This document shows, in pieces, positions 28,490-37,834 of a DNA stretch of 51,152 nucleotides (the first letter of the stretch is position 1; each line of letters begins with the position of its first letter). Under the pieces are notes generated by a model. That model searched no databases, was not told where the DNA came from, and worked only from the letters and a program-made list of their open reading frames with translations. A program made the translations under genes and the position numbers. Location of the stretch: positions 1-51,152 of the forward strand of contig CAYTMD010000001.1 of NCBI GenBank assembly GCA_964438685.1, given 5' to 3'. The stretch is from an uncultured Acidobacteriota bacterium (GTDB lineage: Bacteria > Acidobacteriota > Terriglobia > UBA7540).

Positions 28490-29293
28490 ATGCGAAGAGC
28501 ATTCTTATTGGCGGGCAGTTGTGTGGGACTCGCCATGCTTTTGACCGTCATGATAACCACGCAACCGTTTGCTGCCGCGCAGACGACACAGCAACAATGG
28601 GGTCCCAACGACCGCAACCGGCCGGAGCCGCCCATCATCACGCCCGGAACGGCCAGCACGCAGGCGGATCCGGGGACTCCTCCCTCGGACGCGGTGGTAC
28701 TCTTTGACGGCAAGGATTTGTCCAAATGGGAGAGCATCAAGGGAGGTCCGGCGAAGTGGACCGTGGGTGACGGCTATTTCGCCACCGTACCGGGCACGGG
28801 TTTCATTCAGACCAAAGCCGCCTTTGGTGATTGCCAGTTGCACATTGAATGGGCTGCGCCCAACCCGCCCCACGGCACAGACCAGGACCGCGGCAACAGT
28901 GGAGTTTTCCTGCACGGGCTCTACGAAATCCAGGTCCTTGATTCTTACGATAACGTGACCTATGCTGACGGGGAAGCTGCCGCCGTCTACGGGCAGTATC
29001 CCCCGCTGGTCAACGCGGCGCGGAAGCCCGGTGAATGGCAGACGTACGACATCGTTTTTCACGGGCCGCGCTTCGATGCCAGTGGAAAGTTATTGCGGCA
29101 TGCCAACGTCACCGTGATCTTCAACGGCGTGCTGGTGCAAGATCACGTGGAAATTATGGGGCCCACGGCGCATCACCAGCGTCCACCCTATACCCCGACA
29201 CCGGAAAAGCTTCCCCTGGCATTGCAGGACCACAATCACCCTGTGCGCTATCGCAACATCTGGATTCGAGAGCTCAAAGAGGGGCAGCAGTAA
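28490..29293 (+). CDS. DUF1080 (3-keto-disaccharide hydrolase-like) secreted protein
   Basis: ATG at 28490 after GGGAGAAG. Signal peptide MRRAFLLAGSCVGLAMLL. GNSGVFLHGLYEIQVLDSY and YRNIWIREL motifs. Confidence 0.8.
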   Translation: MRRAFLLAGSCVGLAMLLTVMITTQPFAAAQTTQQQWGPNDRNRPEPPIITPGTASTQADPGTPPSDAVVLFDGKDLSKWESIKGGPAKWTVGDGYFATVPGTGFIQTKAAFGDCQLHIEWAAPNPPHGTDQDRGNSGVFLHGLYEIQVLDSYDNVTYADGEAAAVYGQYPPLVNAARKPGEWQTYDIVFHGPRFDASGKLLRHANVTVIFNGVLVQDHVEIMGPTAHHQRPPYTPTPEKLPLALQDHNHPVRYRNIWIRELKEGQQ

Positions 29294-29320
29294 CGCGCTT
29301 GTGCGTGCTGGGCTTGGGAG

Positions 29321-29417
29321 TAAAGTTTAACGGCTAAAGGGTAAAGGATGAAATCCTAGGGGGTAAAGTCGGGAGCAACGCAGGGTGGCACTTTACCCTT
29401 TAACCTTGACGATTTAC
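29321..29417. repeat. heptamer inverted repeat (TAAAGTT TAACGGC TAAAGGG TAAAGGA ...)
   Basis: TAAAGGGTAAAG (29335-29346) is perfectly complementary to CTTTACCCTTTA (29391-29402). Shares its motif with 4987-5038. Confidence 0.75.
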
Positions 29418-29427
29418 ACTTTTCTTG

Positions 29428-29946
29428 ATGCCTGCAGGTGAAAAATACTCGTTGTGGTTCATGCCAACGGGTGATGTGTTCGCCCGCCTGTCGGAGATTC
29501 TCCAACGCTTGAGTGCCAGGTATGGCGCGCCGAAATTTCCCCCGCACGTAACCCTGCTGGGGGGCTGCGTGGGTCCCCGTTGTGAGCTGATTCGCAAGTC
29601 CGCACAAGTTGCCGCCGGCATTCGGCCCTTTACCATCCGACTGGGCGAAATTCATTGTCTCGACGAATACTTTCGCTGTCTTTTCGTTCGCGCGGCGCTT
29701 ACCAGGCCGCTTCAGAATGCGAATCTTGCCGCCCGCCAGGCGTTCGACAGCAGACGCGAGCCTGAATTCATGCCTCACTTAAGCCTTCTTTACGGAAATT
29801 TCCCTCAGTGCCTCAAGGAAAGCGCTATTGCGGAGATAGGTCCAAGGCTCGACGTTCAGTTCAAGGTCCGAACCCTTCATCTTTATCGGACTCATGGTGC
29901 GCCCGGCCAGTGGCTGCGAGTGGCAAGTTTTGGCCTAACGATTTAG
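29428..29946 (+). CDS. 2H phosphoesterase superfamily protein (cyclic phosphodiesterase / 2'-5' RNA ligase-like)
   Basis: Two HxT/S motifs: PPHVTLLGG and MPHLSLLYG. Confidence 0.7.
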   Translation: MPAGEKYSLWFMPTGDVFARLSEILQRLSARYGAPKFPPHVTLLGGCVGPRCELIRKSAQVAAGIRPFTIRLGEIHCLDEYFRCLFVRAALTRPLQNANLAARQAFDSRREPEFMPHLSLLYGNFPQCLKESAIAEIGPRLDVQFKVRTLHLYRTHGAPGQWLRVASFGLTI

Positions 29947-29957
29947 GGGGGTGACTC

Positions 29958-30263
29958 ATGCTCATCGTTCATGTCTTCGTGAAAGTAAAGCCCGACTGCG
30001 TTGACGCCTTTAAGGAAGCCACCATTGCGAACGCGTGCCAGAGCTTGAAAGAACCGGGCATCGCGCGCTTCGACGTGATGCAGCAAGCCGACGATCCTAC
30101 ACGATTCGTCCTGGTCGAGGCCTATCGGAGCGTGGAGGCCACCGCCGCGCACAAGGCGACGGTGCATTACGCCGCGTGGCGCGACCGGATGGAGTCCCTG
30201 ATGGCAGAGCCGCGCTCCAGTGTGAAATACTCCAATGTATTTCCGGGCGAGAAGGGCTGGTGA
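29958..30263 (+). CDS. ABM-domain (antibiotic biosynthesis monooxygenase-like) protein
   Basis: 101 aa. The pattern VHVFVKVKP...FDVMQQADDPTRFVLVEAYRS is typical of ABM ferredoxin-like fold proteins. Confidence 0.75.
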   Translation: MLIVHVFVKVKPDCVDAFKEATIANACQSLKEPGIARFDVMQQADDPTRFVLVEAYRSVEATAAHKATVHYAAWRDRMESLMAEPRSSVKYSNVFPGEKGW

Positions 30264-30270
30264 AGCGCTG

Positions 30271-31440
30271 ATGCAATTTGAGTTCGCAACCGCAACACGC
30301 ATTATTTTTGGTGAGGGCACCGTAAGCCAGGTGGCGCCGGCAACAAAGCAATGGGGAAGCCGAATTCTACTGGTAACGGGCCATAACCCGGATCGAGCCC
30401 AGCGGCTGCGCGCGGACCTCGAAGGCGGAGGCGCAAGGTGTTTCACTTTCGCCGTTAAGGGCGAGCCCACCGTTGACTTGATTGGTCGAGGACTCGATCT
30501 GGCGCACGAACGGCAGTGCGATGTGGTCATCGCCATCGGCGGAGGCAGCGTCATCGACGCGGGAAAAGCCATTGCCGGGCTACTCACTAATCCCGGTGAT
30601 GTGATGGATTACCTGGAGGTGGTGGGCAAGGGGAATGCCCTGCAAAATCCAGCCGCGCCGTTCGTTGCCGTGCCCACCACGGCCGGAACGGGGTCAGAGG
30701 CTACGCGCAATGCGGTGTTGGGCGTGCCCGAACGGCAAGTCAAGGTCAGCCTGCGCAGCCCACATCTTCTGCCCCGCCTCGCGGTGGTTGACCCGGAATT
30801 AACTCTCGGCCTGCCGCCGGCGGTCACCGCCAGCACTGGCCTCGACGCCCTGACGCAGTTGATTGAGGCCTATGTTTCGGTTCGTGCAAACCCCTTGAGC
30901 GACGGATTCTGCGTGCGGGGTATCCCGCTTGCCGCACGGTCGCTGCGCCGGGCGTTTCATCACGGCCATGAATTGGAAGCCCGACACGATATGTCGCTCG
31001 CGGCGCTGCTCAGTGGGATGGCCCTTGCCAACGCCGGCCTGGGAGTCGTGCACGGATTCGCCGCTCCTCTCGGCGGCAGGTTCACAGCACCGCATGGAGC
31101 AATATGCGCAGCCATCCTGCCCTACGGGATAGAAATCAACTTGCGTGCCCTGCGTGCCCGCGACCCACAAAGCGTCGCGCTGCGCCGGTACCAGGAGGTG
31201 GGGCGCATGCTCACCGGCTGGCCCGGCGCCACCGCTGAGAACGCAATTGCGTGGACGTGGGAGATTTGCCACGAACTTGAAATCCCCCCTCTGAAGGCTT
31301 ACGGAGTCGGCGAGCAGGATATTCCGACGCTGGTCGCGGAAGCTGCCAAGTCAAGCAGCATGAAAGGGAATCCGCTGGCGCTTACGGCGGAAGAATTGAA
31401 CGAAATCCTGACACGGGCGGTTAAAGGCAGTGACAAGTGA
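30271..31440 (+). CDS. iron-containing alcohol dehydrogenase
   Basis: Start reset to ATG 30271. AIGGGSVIDAGKAIA motif and conserved His-rich C-terminal half. Confidence 0.9.
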   Translation: MQFEFATATRIIFGEGTVSQVAPATKQWGSRILLVTGHNPDRAQRLRADLEGGGARCFTFAVKGEPTVDLIGRGLDLAHERQCDVVIAIGGGSVIDAGKAIAGLLTNPGDVMDYLEVVGKGNALQNPAAPFVAVPTTAGTGSEATRNAVLGVPERQVKVSLRSPHLLPRLAVVDPELTLGLPPAVTASTGLDALTQLIEAYVSVRANPLSDGFCVRGIPLAARSLRRAFHHGHELEARHDMSLAALLSGMALANAGLGVVHGFAAPLGGRFTAPHGAICAAILPYGIEINLRALRARDPQSVALRRYQEVGRMLTGWPGATAENAIAWTWEICHELEIPPLKAYGVGEQDIPTLVAEAAKSSSMKGNPLALTAEELNEILTRAVKGSDK

Positions 31441-31592
31441 CGAGTGACAAGTGACGAGCAAGGGGCACGAGCCACTTCGGCTTTGCCACTGCTGCCATTG
31501 AGATGCGTCGGTGCTTGCAAGAACAATCGGGACGACGAATAAATAAGCTGTCCCGCTCCACATATTGCTTGTCACTCGTCACTTGTCACTGC
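31429..31592. repeat. GTGACAA/GTGACGA heptamer inverted-repeat pair
   Basis: Left arm GTGACAA GTGACGA GTGACAA GTGACGA (31430-31457) and right arm CTTGTCACTCGTCACTTGTCAC (31568-31589). The arms contain the stops of the two convergent genes. Confidence 0.85.
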
Positions 31593-32558
31593 CTCTTCCA
31601 AATTCCTCACCACTTCTGGCTCAGTTCGCGCATCCAAGGCGCGTTGCAGGGCGGTAAGAGTCGGGCTGAGCTGCCGGCCTTTTGCCAGGTAAAGCTGGTA
31701 CATCAGCAAATAGTACTTCGTGTAGGTTTCATCAAAGGCCAATCCGGCATTGTTGTTGGCGGGTAAACACCTGTTGAACGATTTCGGGCTGGGGTTAATG
31801 TCCATGCACTGCTGACGAAATCCCTCCAAAGCCCGCTGTTTTTGCCCCAGGGCGTCGTGCTCGGGGATTTCACCGGATCGGGCGGCGGCGTAAAGCTGTC
31901 GCATTTGGGCATGAAAGCGATTCACGATTTCAGCTTTGCGGGCGAAGAGATCCGGCTCGCGCTGAAGGTTTTGAAAGACCTCTGAATTCTCGCCAAACTT
32001 CTGCCGCGCCACTTCACTGGCGGTGAGAAATCCGATTAACGTTGCCGATGCTTCGCCGAGAGTCGCCGGCAGTTTGCGTAACTCCTTGTTCGCGTGAAAG
32101 TCTTCGTGGGGGACAACCACCAGAAGACGTTCCACCGACTCGTGTTCCAAGGTGGCGGAAAGCGGCGTCTTCCCGCTGGCGGCGGCGTCCAGGGCGTAAA
32201 AGAACACATCGTATTTTTGGGTGTCGACCGTGCAGCCGGCCTTGGTTCCCGGAACCAATTGCAGGCCGCCGTAAGAATCGGGCAACTCCAGCTTGCCGGT
32301 ATAATAGCAGCGATAATCCACGGCGGATTCCGTCGACTGCTTGTTGAAGTTCTTCGTCCGGCGGAAGCCCAGTTTCTTTTCCAGGTGCTTTACCGCGCTG
32401 AGCAGATCTTTTCGGCTGGCGGCTTCTGAATTGGGAGGAGAGTCGGAGGCGCCCGCGCCCGATACAAATAGCCCCACAAGCACGAGGGTCAATAGCCATA
32501 GGCTTGGCGCGGAGTTCGCCGGTCGAAATGCGGGGGGATCAATCCGGGTTGAGTTCAC
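31572..32558 (-). CDS. secreted putative zinc peptidase (HExxH; DUF2265 aminopeptidase-like)
   Basis: GTG start, hydrophobic N-terminal segment and HEDFH motif. The family call is from memory and is tentative. Confidence 0.5.
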   Translation of the reverse strand: MNSTRIDPPAFRPANSAPSLWLLTLVLVGLFVSGAGASDSPPNSEAASRKDLLSAVKHLEKKLGFRRTKNFNKQSTESAVDYRCYYTGKLELPDSYGGLQLVPGTKAGCTVDTQKYDVFFYALDAAASGKTPLSATLEHESVERLLVVVPHEDFHANKELRKLPATLGEASATLIGFLTASEVARQKFGENSEVFQNLQREPDLFARKAEIVNRFHAQMRQLYAAARSGEIPEHDALGQKQRALEGFRQQCMDINPSPKSFNRCLPANNNAGLAFDETYTKYYLLMYQLYLAKGRQLSPTLTALQRALDARTEPEVVRNLEEAVTSDE

Positions 32559-32588
32559 AGAATCATTGTAAACGCATTTTCCGTGCGG

Positions 32589-33089
32589 CTACTTGATATG
32601 ACAACTTGCCATGCCGCGCTTTTCCAAATACTGCTGGTGATATTCCTCTGCCCGCCAAAATTCCGCAGCCGGAGTGATTTCCGTGACAATGGGCCTGTGG
32701 AACTTTCCCGACCGCTCGAGTTCTTCCTTCGACGCGCGGGCCGCAGCTTCCTGCTCGGGCGAGTGGAAAAATATTGCCGTGCGATATTGCTTGCCGTAGT
32801 CGGGCCCCTGACGGTTGAACTGGGTGGGATCATGATTTTCCCAGAAGACCTTAAGGATGTCCGCATAGGAAACTTTGGCGGGGTCGAAGGTGACCTCCAC
32901 AACTTCCGCGTGCCCGGTCTGGTCGGTGCACACGTCCTTATAAGTGGGATTCTTCAGATGTCCGCCCATATATCCCACGGCGGTGGCGGTGACTCCGTGA
33001 ACCTGGCGGAAGGCCGCCTCCACTCCCCAGAAACAGCCCGCTCCAAATGTCGCTTTTTCTGTTGCCACGTTCGTCGCCTCCTTTTCCAA
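32589..33089 (-). CDS. msrA: peptide methionine (S)-sulfoxide reductase
   Basis: [12 protein letters not shown] catalytic motif; 166 aa. Confidence 0.92.
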   Translation of the reverse strand: MEKEATNVATEKATFGAGCFWGVEAAFRQVHGVTATAVGYMGGHLKNPTYKDVCTDQTGHAEVVEVTFDPAKVSYADILKVFWENHDPTQFNRQGPDYGKQYRTAIFFHSPEQEAAARASKEELERSGKFHRPIVTEITPAAEFWRAEEYHQQYLEKRGMASCHIK

Positions 33090-33335
33090 TGGGGTTGCCC
33101 GGTAAGATTTTATGCCGCCTTAGGCGCTTTTTCCAGTGGTTCTCGCTTTCAAGGTTGGCGAACCCCTGCGGTAATGCCGGGATCTCGCCCGCGTTACGCT
33201 CCGTACCGCCCTGCATTGGTGATGGAGGGCTAGCTGGTAGGCTATCTAAATCTGGAGACTGCCTTGTCCGCCGCGAAATGGGCACTTCCGGCCAGATCTG
33301 AAACCTCAGGCGCCTTTCTGCCACAATTGCGTTGG

Positions 33336-34619
33336 CTAGCCTCGGCCGCCCAATTGCCTTTCTATGAGATCAATCGCTGTCGCCACGCCATTCTCCTCTG
33401 CCATTCGTCGACCCAGCGCGGTGGCGCGGTAAGCGATGTTCGGGTTTTCCAACACCTGGGCAACAGCGGCGGCGAGTTGCCTTGGTTTCAGTCCTCTCCT
33501 TTTGAGCGTTTTACCGCCCACACCAAGCCTCGCGAGTTCAGCACCCCAGAAGAATTGGTCTGATACGTGTGCGACAATGATCGATGGTCGTCCGGCGAGC
33601 AGCGCGGATTGTGTTGTCCCGGCGCCGCCATGGTGTACCACCGCTGCACATCGGGGAAATACCTTTTTGTAGGGAGTCCGCATAACCTTGAAAAACCGAT
33701 TGTCGGTGTCAAACACGGAGGTATTGTCCCAAGGGAGCTGAAGGATCGCCCGACACCTGAGGCGGTGGACGGCCTCAATCCAAATCGCCGCCGTTTCTCT
33801 CATGTATTCGAAGCTATCGGGCATCATGCTTCCAAAGGTGAAGTAGACCGGGGGATCCCCTGCTGACAGGAAGTCATCCAAGTCTCTCGGCAGATCGTCC
33901 GTTGCCAAGTCGGTGGGTGGGTTTAGAAAGCCGCAAACCCGGTGCCGGGCTTCCCAATCTGGGGGCGCCTGACAGATCTGTGGACTCACCGCGATCAAAT
34001 TAAGCCGGTCGGCAGCCCAGGTCTGGGTCATGACGTCGGTGTCGGGTCGAAGCCCTTCGCGGACGCGAAGGGCGTTTACGCGGGGAAGGAAGATGCGGTT
34101 TACCATCATGCGGACTATTCGCCATCCCAAGGGGTACGACCATCTCCCCAAATCAGGGAAACCTGGCGGGCAAATCTCGGCCGAGGGTAGACAGTTGTGG
34201 ACGATATTGAGCGTTCCTACAGGAACTCCGGTCTTCTCAGCAGCCACTCGAAGAGGGTAGACGAAGAAATGGCCAAGGACAACATCATTCGCCGCACACA
34301 AGTTCTGGGCGGCCGCATACATGTGCTCCATGACAGGATCAAAGCCATGTCGCATCACGAGTTCAGCCTGTTGGATTGGGTTGCCGAGGTCGATAATCTT
34401 CCGCCAGACTGTCTCAACCTCTTCTTTCGAGGGCGTTTGCGGGTTCGGGACGGCTATGAGGCGGTAGCGATAACGATCGGCCAATGCGCTGTAATCCCGG
34501 CCAATATTGTCTGTAACGACGAGCGTAACTTCGTGGCCCGCCTTCACGAGTCCGGCCGCCAATGCCGTGAAGGGTCGAATATCGCCTTCACTGCCCCATG
34601 CCTGCAACCCGATCCTCAT
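33336..34619 (-). CDS. glycosyltransferase family 1 (MGT / UDP-glycosyltransferase type)
   Basis: MRIGLQAWGSEGDIRPF N-terminus. HHGGAGTTQSALLAGRPSI...DQFFW nucleotide-sugar signature. Confidence 0.85.
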   Translation of the reverse strand: MRIGLQAWGSEGDIRPFTALAAGLVKAGHEVTLVVTDNIGRDYSALADRYRYRLIAVPNPQTPSKEEVETVWRKIIDLGNPIQQAELVMRHGFDPVMEHMYAAAQNLCAANDVVLGHFFVYPLRVAAEKTGVPVGTLNIVHNCLPSAEICPPGFPDLGRWSYPLGWRIVRMMVNRIFLPRVNALRVREGLRPDTDVMTQTWAADRLNLIAVSPQICQAPPDWEARHRVCGFLNPPTDLATDDLPRDLDDFLSAGDPPVYFTFGSMMPDSFEYMRETAAIWIEAVHRLRCRAILQLPWDNTSVFDTDNRFFKVMRTPYKKVFPRCAAVVHHGGAGTTQSALLAGRPSIIVAHVSDQFFWGAELARLGVGGKTLKRRGLKPRQLAAAVAQVLENPNIAYRATALGRRMAEENGVATAIDLIERQLGGRG

Positions 34620-34635
34620 GTCTGCTTCTCCTATA

Positions 34636-35301
34636 TTACTTTGGCTTTACCCCGGAGCAGATCACGGCAGTACTCGACAGGGGAATGGGCAGAGGATCTG
34701 GCCACTCCAGGCCGCAACCAATGCTCGAAAGGACCGCAGTTTGGGGCTGCGTGAGCCACAAGAGGAGGTTCCCCCCAGAATTAAGACACCGTGCTGCCAG
34801 GGGGACCAGCACTTCCAAGTTTCCGACTGCCCGCATGGTGGCAAAATCGAAGGTTGGGGCAGGAGTAGTGGAAACCAAATCTTCCAAGCGCTCGCCACGC
34901 ACTTGAACTTGATTGAATCCACAAGCGCGCGCGGCTTCCTTTAGAAAGGCTCGCTTCTTGGCGACGGGCTCGAGCAGGGTGACCGAGAGTTCCGGGAAGG
35001 CAATCTTGAGGGCCAACCCGGGGAAACCAGCGCCGCTACCGATATCGAGAAGGCTGCCGTGAAGGTCAACGTGGCTGGCAATGAAGAGGCTTTCGCCGAA
35101 ATGGCGGGTTACACACTCCTCCTCATTGCGGATGGCGGTAAGATTGATTTTCTGATTCCAGCGGAGGAGCAGGTGGAAATAGGTAAGGACTTGGTTCGCC
35201 TGGAGCGGCGAGAGGTTCAAGCCAAAGGGTTCAAGGAGTTGCCGAAGGTGCGTTTCATCGAGCACGGGTTGAATTGTAAATAGTTTCAGTCGTGGGGGCA
35301 A
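34636..35301 (-). CDS. rsmG: 16S rRNA (guanine527-N7)-methyltransferase
   Basis: LLLRWNQKINLTAI and LLDIGSGAGFPGLALKI motifs. The track start is TTG 35301; GTG 35265 is an alternative. Confidence 0.88.
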   Translation of the reverse strand: MPPRLKLFTIQPVLDETHLRQLLEPFGLNLSPLQANQVLTYFHLLLRWNQKINLTAIRNEEECVTRHFGESLFIASHVDLHGSLLDIGSGAGFPGLALKIAFPELSVTLLEPVAKKRAFLKEAARACGFNQVQVRGERLEDLVSTTPAPTFDFATMRAVGNLEVLVPLAARCLNSGGNLLLWLTQPQTAVLSSIGCGLEWPDPLPIPLSSTAVICSGVKPK

Positions 35302-35342
35302 GCCCGGTGGCTACTCTTTATGGGTTGGGTGGCGATTGAATA

Positions 35343-35358
35343 TGTTTCACGTGGAACA
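35343..35358. promoter_or_regulatory. parS: parS centromere-like site 1
   Basis: TGTTTCACGTGGAACA is the reverse complement of the canonical TGTTCCACGTGAAACA. Confidence 0.8.
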
Positions 35359-35519
35359 TTCATATTGCGGATCAGGTCTCCTCGCCGGGTGCAAATCCTC
35401 CAAGGCCCCCAATTTACGTATTTTCCGGCCAATCACAATTTGCAGCACCTGCCGAAGATCGAGGGATGGCAACAAAGTGACGACGTCTTTCCTGGCCCCG
35501 CGGTTCGGACTACCAAAGA

Positions 35520-35535
35520 TGTTTCACGTGAAACA
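35520..35535. promoter_or_regulatory. parS: parS centromere-like site 2
   Basis: TGTTTCACGTGAAACA is a perfect 16-bp palindrome matching TGTTNCACGTGAAACA. With flanking bases, ATGTTTCACGTGAAACAT is an 18-bp palindrome. Confidence 0.85.
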
Positions 35536-35799
35536 TATCACCCCCACCGCATAAGAACCGAGACTCACATCCCCTGCCAAAGCACCTTGGTCCCCGAATA
35601 TCGACCCGAGACCCGGCTGAAAGGGCGGATACAACATCCTTCCAACGCTCGAAGTATCTAACTTTGACCTGACAGGCACGCCCACGAATCCCAACATCAT
35701 GTATGGGACCGAATTACTAGCCCCACATCTCGCGGCGCATTAAGGGCAACACAACCTGTCAGCCAATCATCGGAGAGCCACCGGCGCTGGGTAGTGTCC

Positions 35800-35829
35800 T
35801 AAAAGTGTGTTGCTGGTTGATGGCAGCAA
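35800..35829 (-). terminator. possible terminator after the two-gene ORFan operon
   Basis: Minus strand: TTGCTG ccatcaac CAGCAA, then cacac and TTTT. Confidence 0.35.
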
Positions 35830-35832
35830 AGA

Positions 35833-36360
35833 TTAGAGTTCTTCGTCCATTTCTGGTAGCTGGGAGGGGTCAAGGCGGCGGATAAGGAATTTCAAGAGTT
35901 CTTCTGCAAGTCCGTACGGAGAGAATGGCTCATTGAAGTAATATGCCACGACCTGACCGCCGATAGAAGCAGCGAGGAGGATTTTCAGGGCTTCTTCCCC
36001 CTCCGTCCTTTGTGGCGGAGTTCTGTAGAGGATAATCAGTCTTTCACCTTTGCGGTAAGACAACCGCAGGTAGGCATCTATGACGGTGGGTGAGTCTCTA
36101 ACAGCGGTAACGCGTAGGCAGGATGCCTCTTTACCCCTCGGATCAGGAACGAATTTGGAGCATATCGACACTCCAAGATGCGCACAGTCTTTCCCTTGAA
36201 CTTGTAATTCTCGGCACAATTCCTGCCAGAAGTCCAGGCCTTTACACTGGACGAGGATTGCATCGGCATCCTCGCGGGCCTTTCGCGCTTCCTGGCGCAG
36301 CCTATCGGAATCATTCCGGGCAATGACTGTCTTTATCCATGGTGTCGATACGGTGCTCAC
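35833..36360 (-). CDS. hypothetical protein (no recognisable family)
   Basis: 175-aa ORF, 11 nt downstream of the preceding minus-strand ORF, in the AT-richer islet. Confidence 0.5.
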   Translation of the reverse strand: MSTVSTPWIKTVIARNDSDRLRQEARKAREDADAILVQCKGLDFWQELCRELQVQGKDCAHLGVSICSKFVPDPRGKEASCLRVTAVRDSPTVIDAYLRLSYRKGERLIILYRTPPQRTEGEEALKILLAASIGGQVVAYYFNEPFSPYGLAEELLKFLIRRLDPSQLPEMDEEL

Positions 36361-36371
36361 GGCGCGAAATC

Positions 36372-36776
36372 CTACGCTCGGTCCTTGAAATCGTCAAGGC
36401 TTCTTAGCGATCCCGCGCAATCCTCGGCGCGGTCGCGTATTTGGTCGATTACAGAAGAGAACTCTCTCCCTGTCTCTAAAACTTTCTCTAACCCCTTGCG
36501 AATAGTCACCAATTCGGTTCGGGAGTCCTGGGTTAAACCTTCGATTGCGATCAACTCTTTGCGAGTGGATATTTCCCGAAGTGCAGAGCGGATTTCACCG
36601 AGCAGGGCGGCGATATCCCGGCAGTCGCTTGACAGGTGATCCTGAGATTTTTTGGTCTCCGAGTTGATTTGTTTGAGTTCATAGAGAAGGTGTTCTCCGA
36701 GATTGAAGGAGGCGCCCAAAACTAAGAAAATTAAAAGCAAAAGGGCAACTCCCACGTATGCGGCGTAGGTCAGCAT
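36372..36776 (-). CDS. hypothetical membrane-anchored coiled-coil protein
   Basis: ATG at 36776 with GGAGG 7 nt upstream. N-terminal TM (AAYVGVALLLLIFLVLG), then a heptad-rich helical region. Confidence 0.5.
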   Translation of the reverse strand: MLTYAAYVGVALLLLIFLVLGASFNLGEHLLYELKQINSETKKSQDHLSSDCRDIAALLGEIRSALREISTRKELIAIEGLTQDSRTELVTIRKGLEKVLETGREFSSVIDQIRDRAEDCAGSLRSLDDFKDRA

Positions 36777-36837
36777 TGGGAACCTCCGGTTTGACAGTGG
36801 TGATAGCATACCAGAAATCCAAAAACACTGGCCGGCC

Positions 36838-37218
36838 ATGAGCGAAGAACGCAAACGCAGGGCGCAAGACACGGGGATTACGAAAACGGACTACGAAGGA
36901 GCGCTCTGGATGGCCCACATGGAAAGACTCCGCGCAAACATAGCGTATTGCCGCGAGCCGGGGGAGGAGATCCCCGACCCCAGTGAGTATCTTGAGCCTT
37001 GCGAGAGCGGTGATTCTTTTGACGAAGAAATGAAGAAGCTGATTGCGGCTGCGGACCGGGCGTTTCACGATGCATCTCTGCGGGTGCAGAAGCGGGTTGA
37101 GGCTTGGAACAAGCTGCAAAAGGAAACTGAAAGACAGGCGCGAAAAACCGCGCTGACTGCGCCAGAAGGCTGGGATTCGAATGGTCAAGGTTTGTTGTTT
37201 AAGCAGAAGCCAGACTAG
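36838..37218 (+). CDS. hypothetical protein
   Basis: 126-aa ORF, divergent from 36776 across a 61-nt spacer. Charged and helical. No family recognised. Confidence 0.45.
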   Translation: MSEERKRRAQDTGITKTDYEGALWMAHMERLRANIAYCREPGEEIPDPSEYLEPCESGDSFDEEMKKLIAAADRAFHDASLRVQKRVEAWNKLQKETERQARKTALTAPEGWDSNGQGLLFKQKPD

Positions 37219-37355
37219 CGCAGTACTTTTCCTTGGTGGTAGGATACCAGAAAAAGCAAAGCCCCGGGTGGCTTCGGGGCTCGAAGTGCGGGTATTTCAC
37301 GTACCGCATTCCATTGTAGGATGTGGTCCGTGGAAATCAACAAAGAATGTTCCCT

Positions 37356-37667
37356 TCAGCGCTCCTTTGTCGAAAGTAAGACAGAGTGTCCACCTTCAAA
37401 TCGAACAACGAGAACCCAATCTTCAGGGGAAGATTGGGTGAACGCAAAAGATTCTGCTCCCGATAAATTAACCGAGCGTTCTTTGCTGGAATCTACCTCG
37501 CGAAGCAGCATTGTGGAGGAATCCGGCGTCACCTCAACGACGGTCGCATCAAATAAATACGGAACGCGGCCTATTCCCCAATCAACGGAAAGTGGTCTTC
37601 CTGGAGGGTTTTCGGCAGCGCTACATCCCCTTAGTAGTGATATTACATCGACAAAGGATATCGTCAT
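37356..37667 (-). CDS. hypothetical protein
   Basis: ATG at 37667 preceded by AGGAGG. Its composition is more protein-like than the overlapping Ser/Thr-rich plus-strand ORF 37321-37833. Confidence 0.3.
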   Translation of the reverse strand: MTISFVDVISLLRGCSAAENPPGRPLSVDWGIGRVPYLFDATVVEVTPDSSTMLLREVDSSKERSVNLSGAESFAFTQSSPEDWVLVVRFEGGHSVLLSTKER

Positions 37668-37834
37668 GTTCCTCCTGATGGTGCGAAGGTTTGGACTCGA
37701 CAAGGCGATTTCTTTAATTTGTGAGTTAGATCAACCGCTACCTCACCATCTCCGGCTTGCCATCGATATTTATGTGAATTCTCCGAGCCATTGTGCGAAT
37801 AGTACTCCTGATCTCCCACTGCAGAAATCCTAAT

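Noticed and set aside
27718-28740. A 340-aa minus-strand ORF overlaps the RraA-like and DUF1080 genes.
   Set aside because: It is an antisense shadow ORF typical of GC-rich DNA, with low-complexity Gly/Ala/Arg/Pro composition. Both plus-strand genes have clear family motifs and ribosome-binding sites.
35320-35661. A 113-aa ORF spans both parS sites.
   Set aside because: It has no ribosome-binding site and an odd composition. The region is better explained as non-coding DNA carrying the two ParB sites.
35302-35832. A possible oriC next to rsmG and parS.
   Set aside because: I could not find TTATCCACA-type DnaA boxes or an AT-rich unwinding element by eye. parS sites alone do not define an origin.
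37321-37833. A 170-aa plus-strand ORF lies in the islet.
   Set aside because: It has Ser/Thr-rich low-complexity composition and no Shine-Dalgarno sequence. The opposite-strand ORF (37356-37667) has AGGAGG before its ATG. Neither call is strong.
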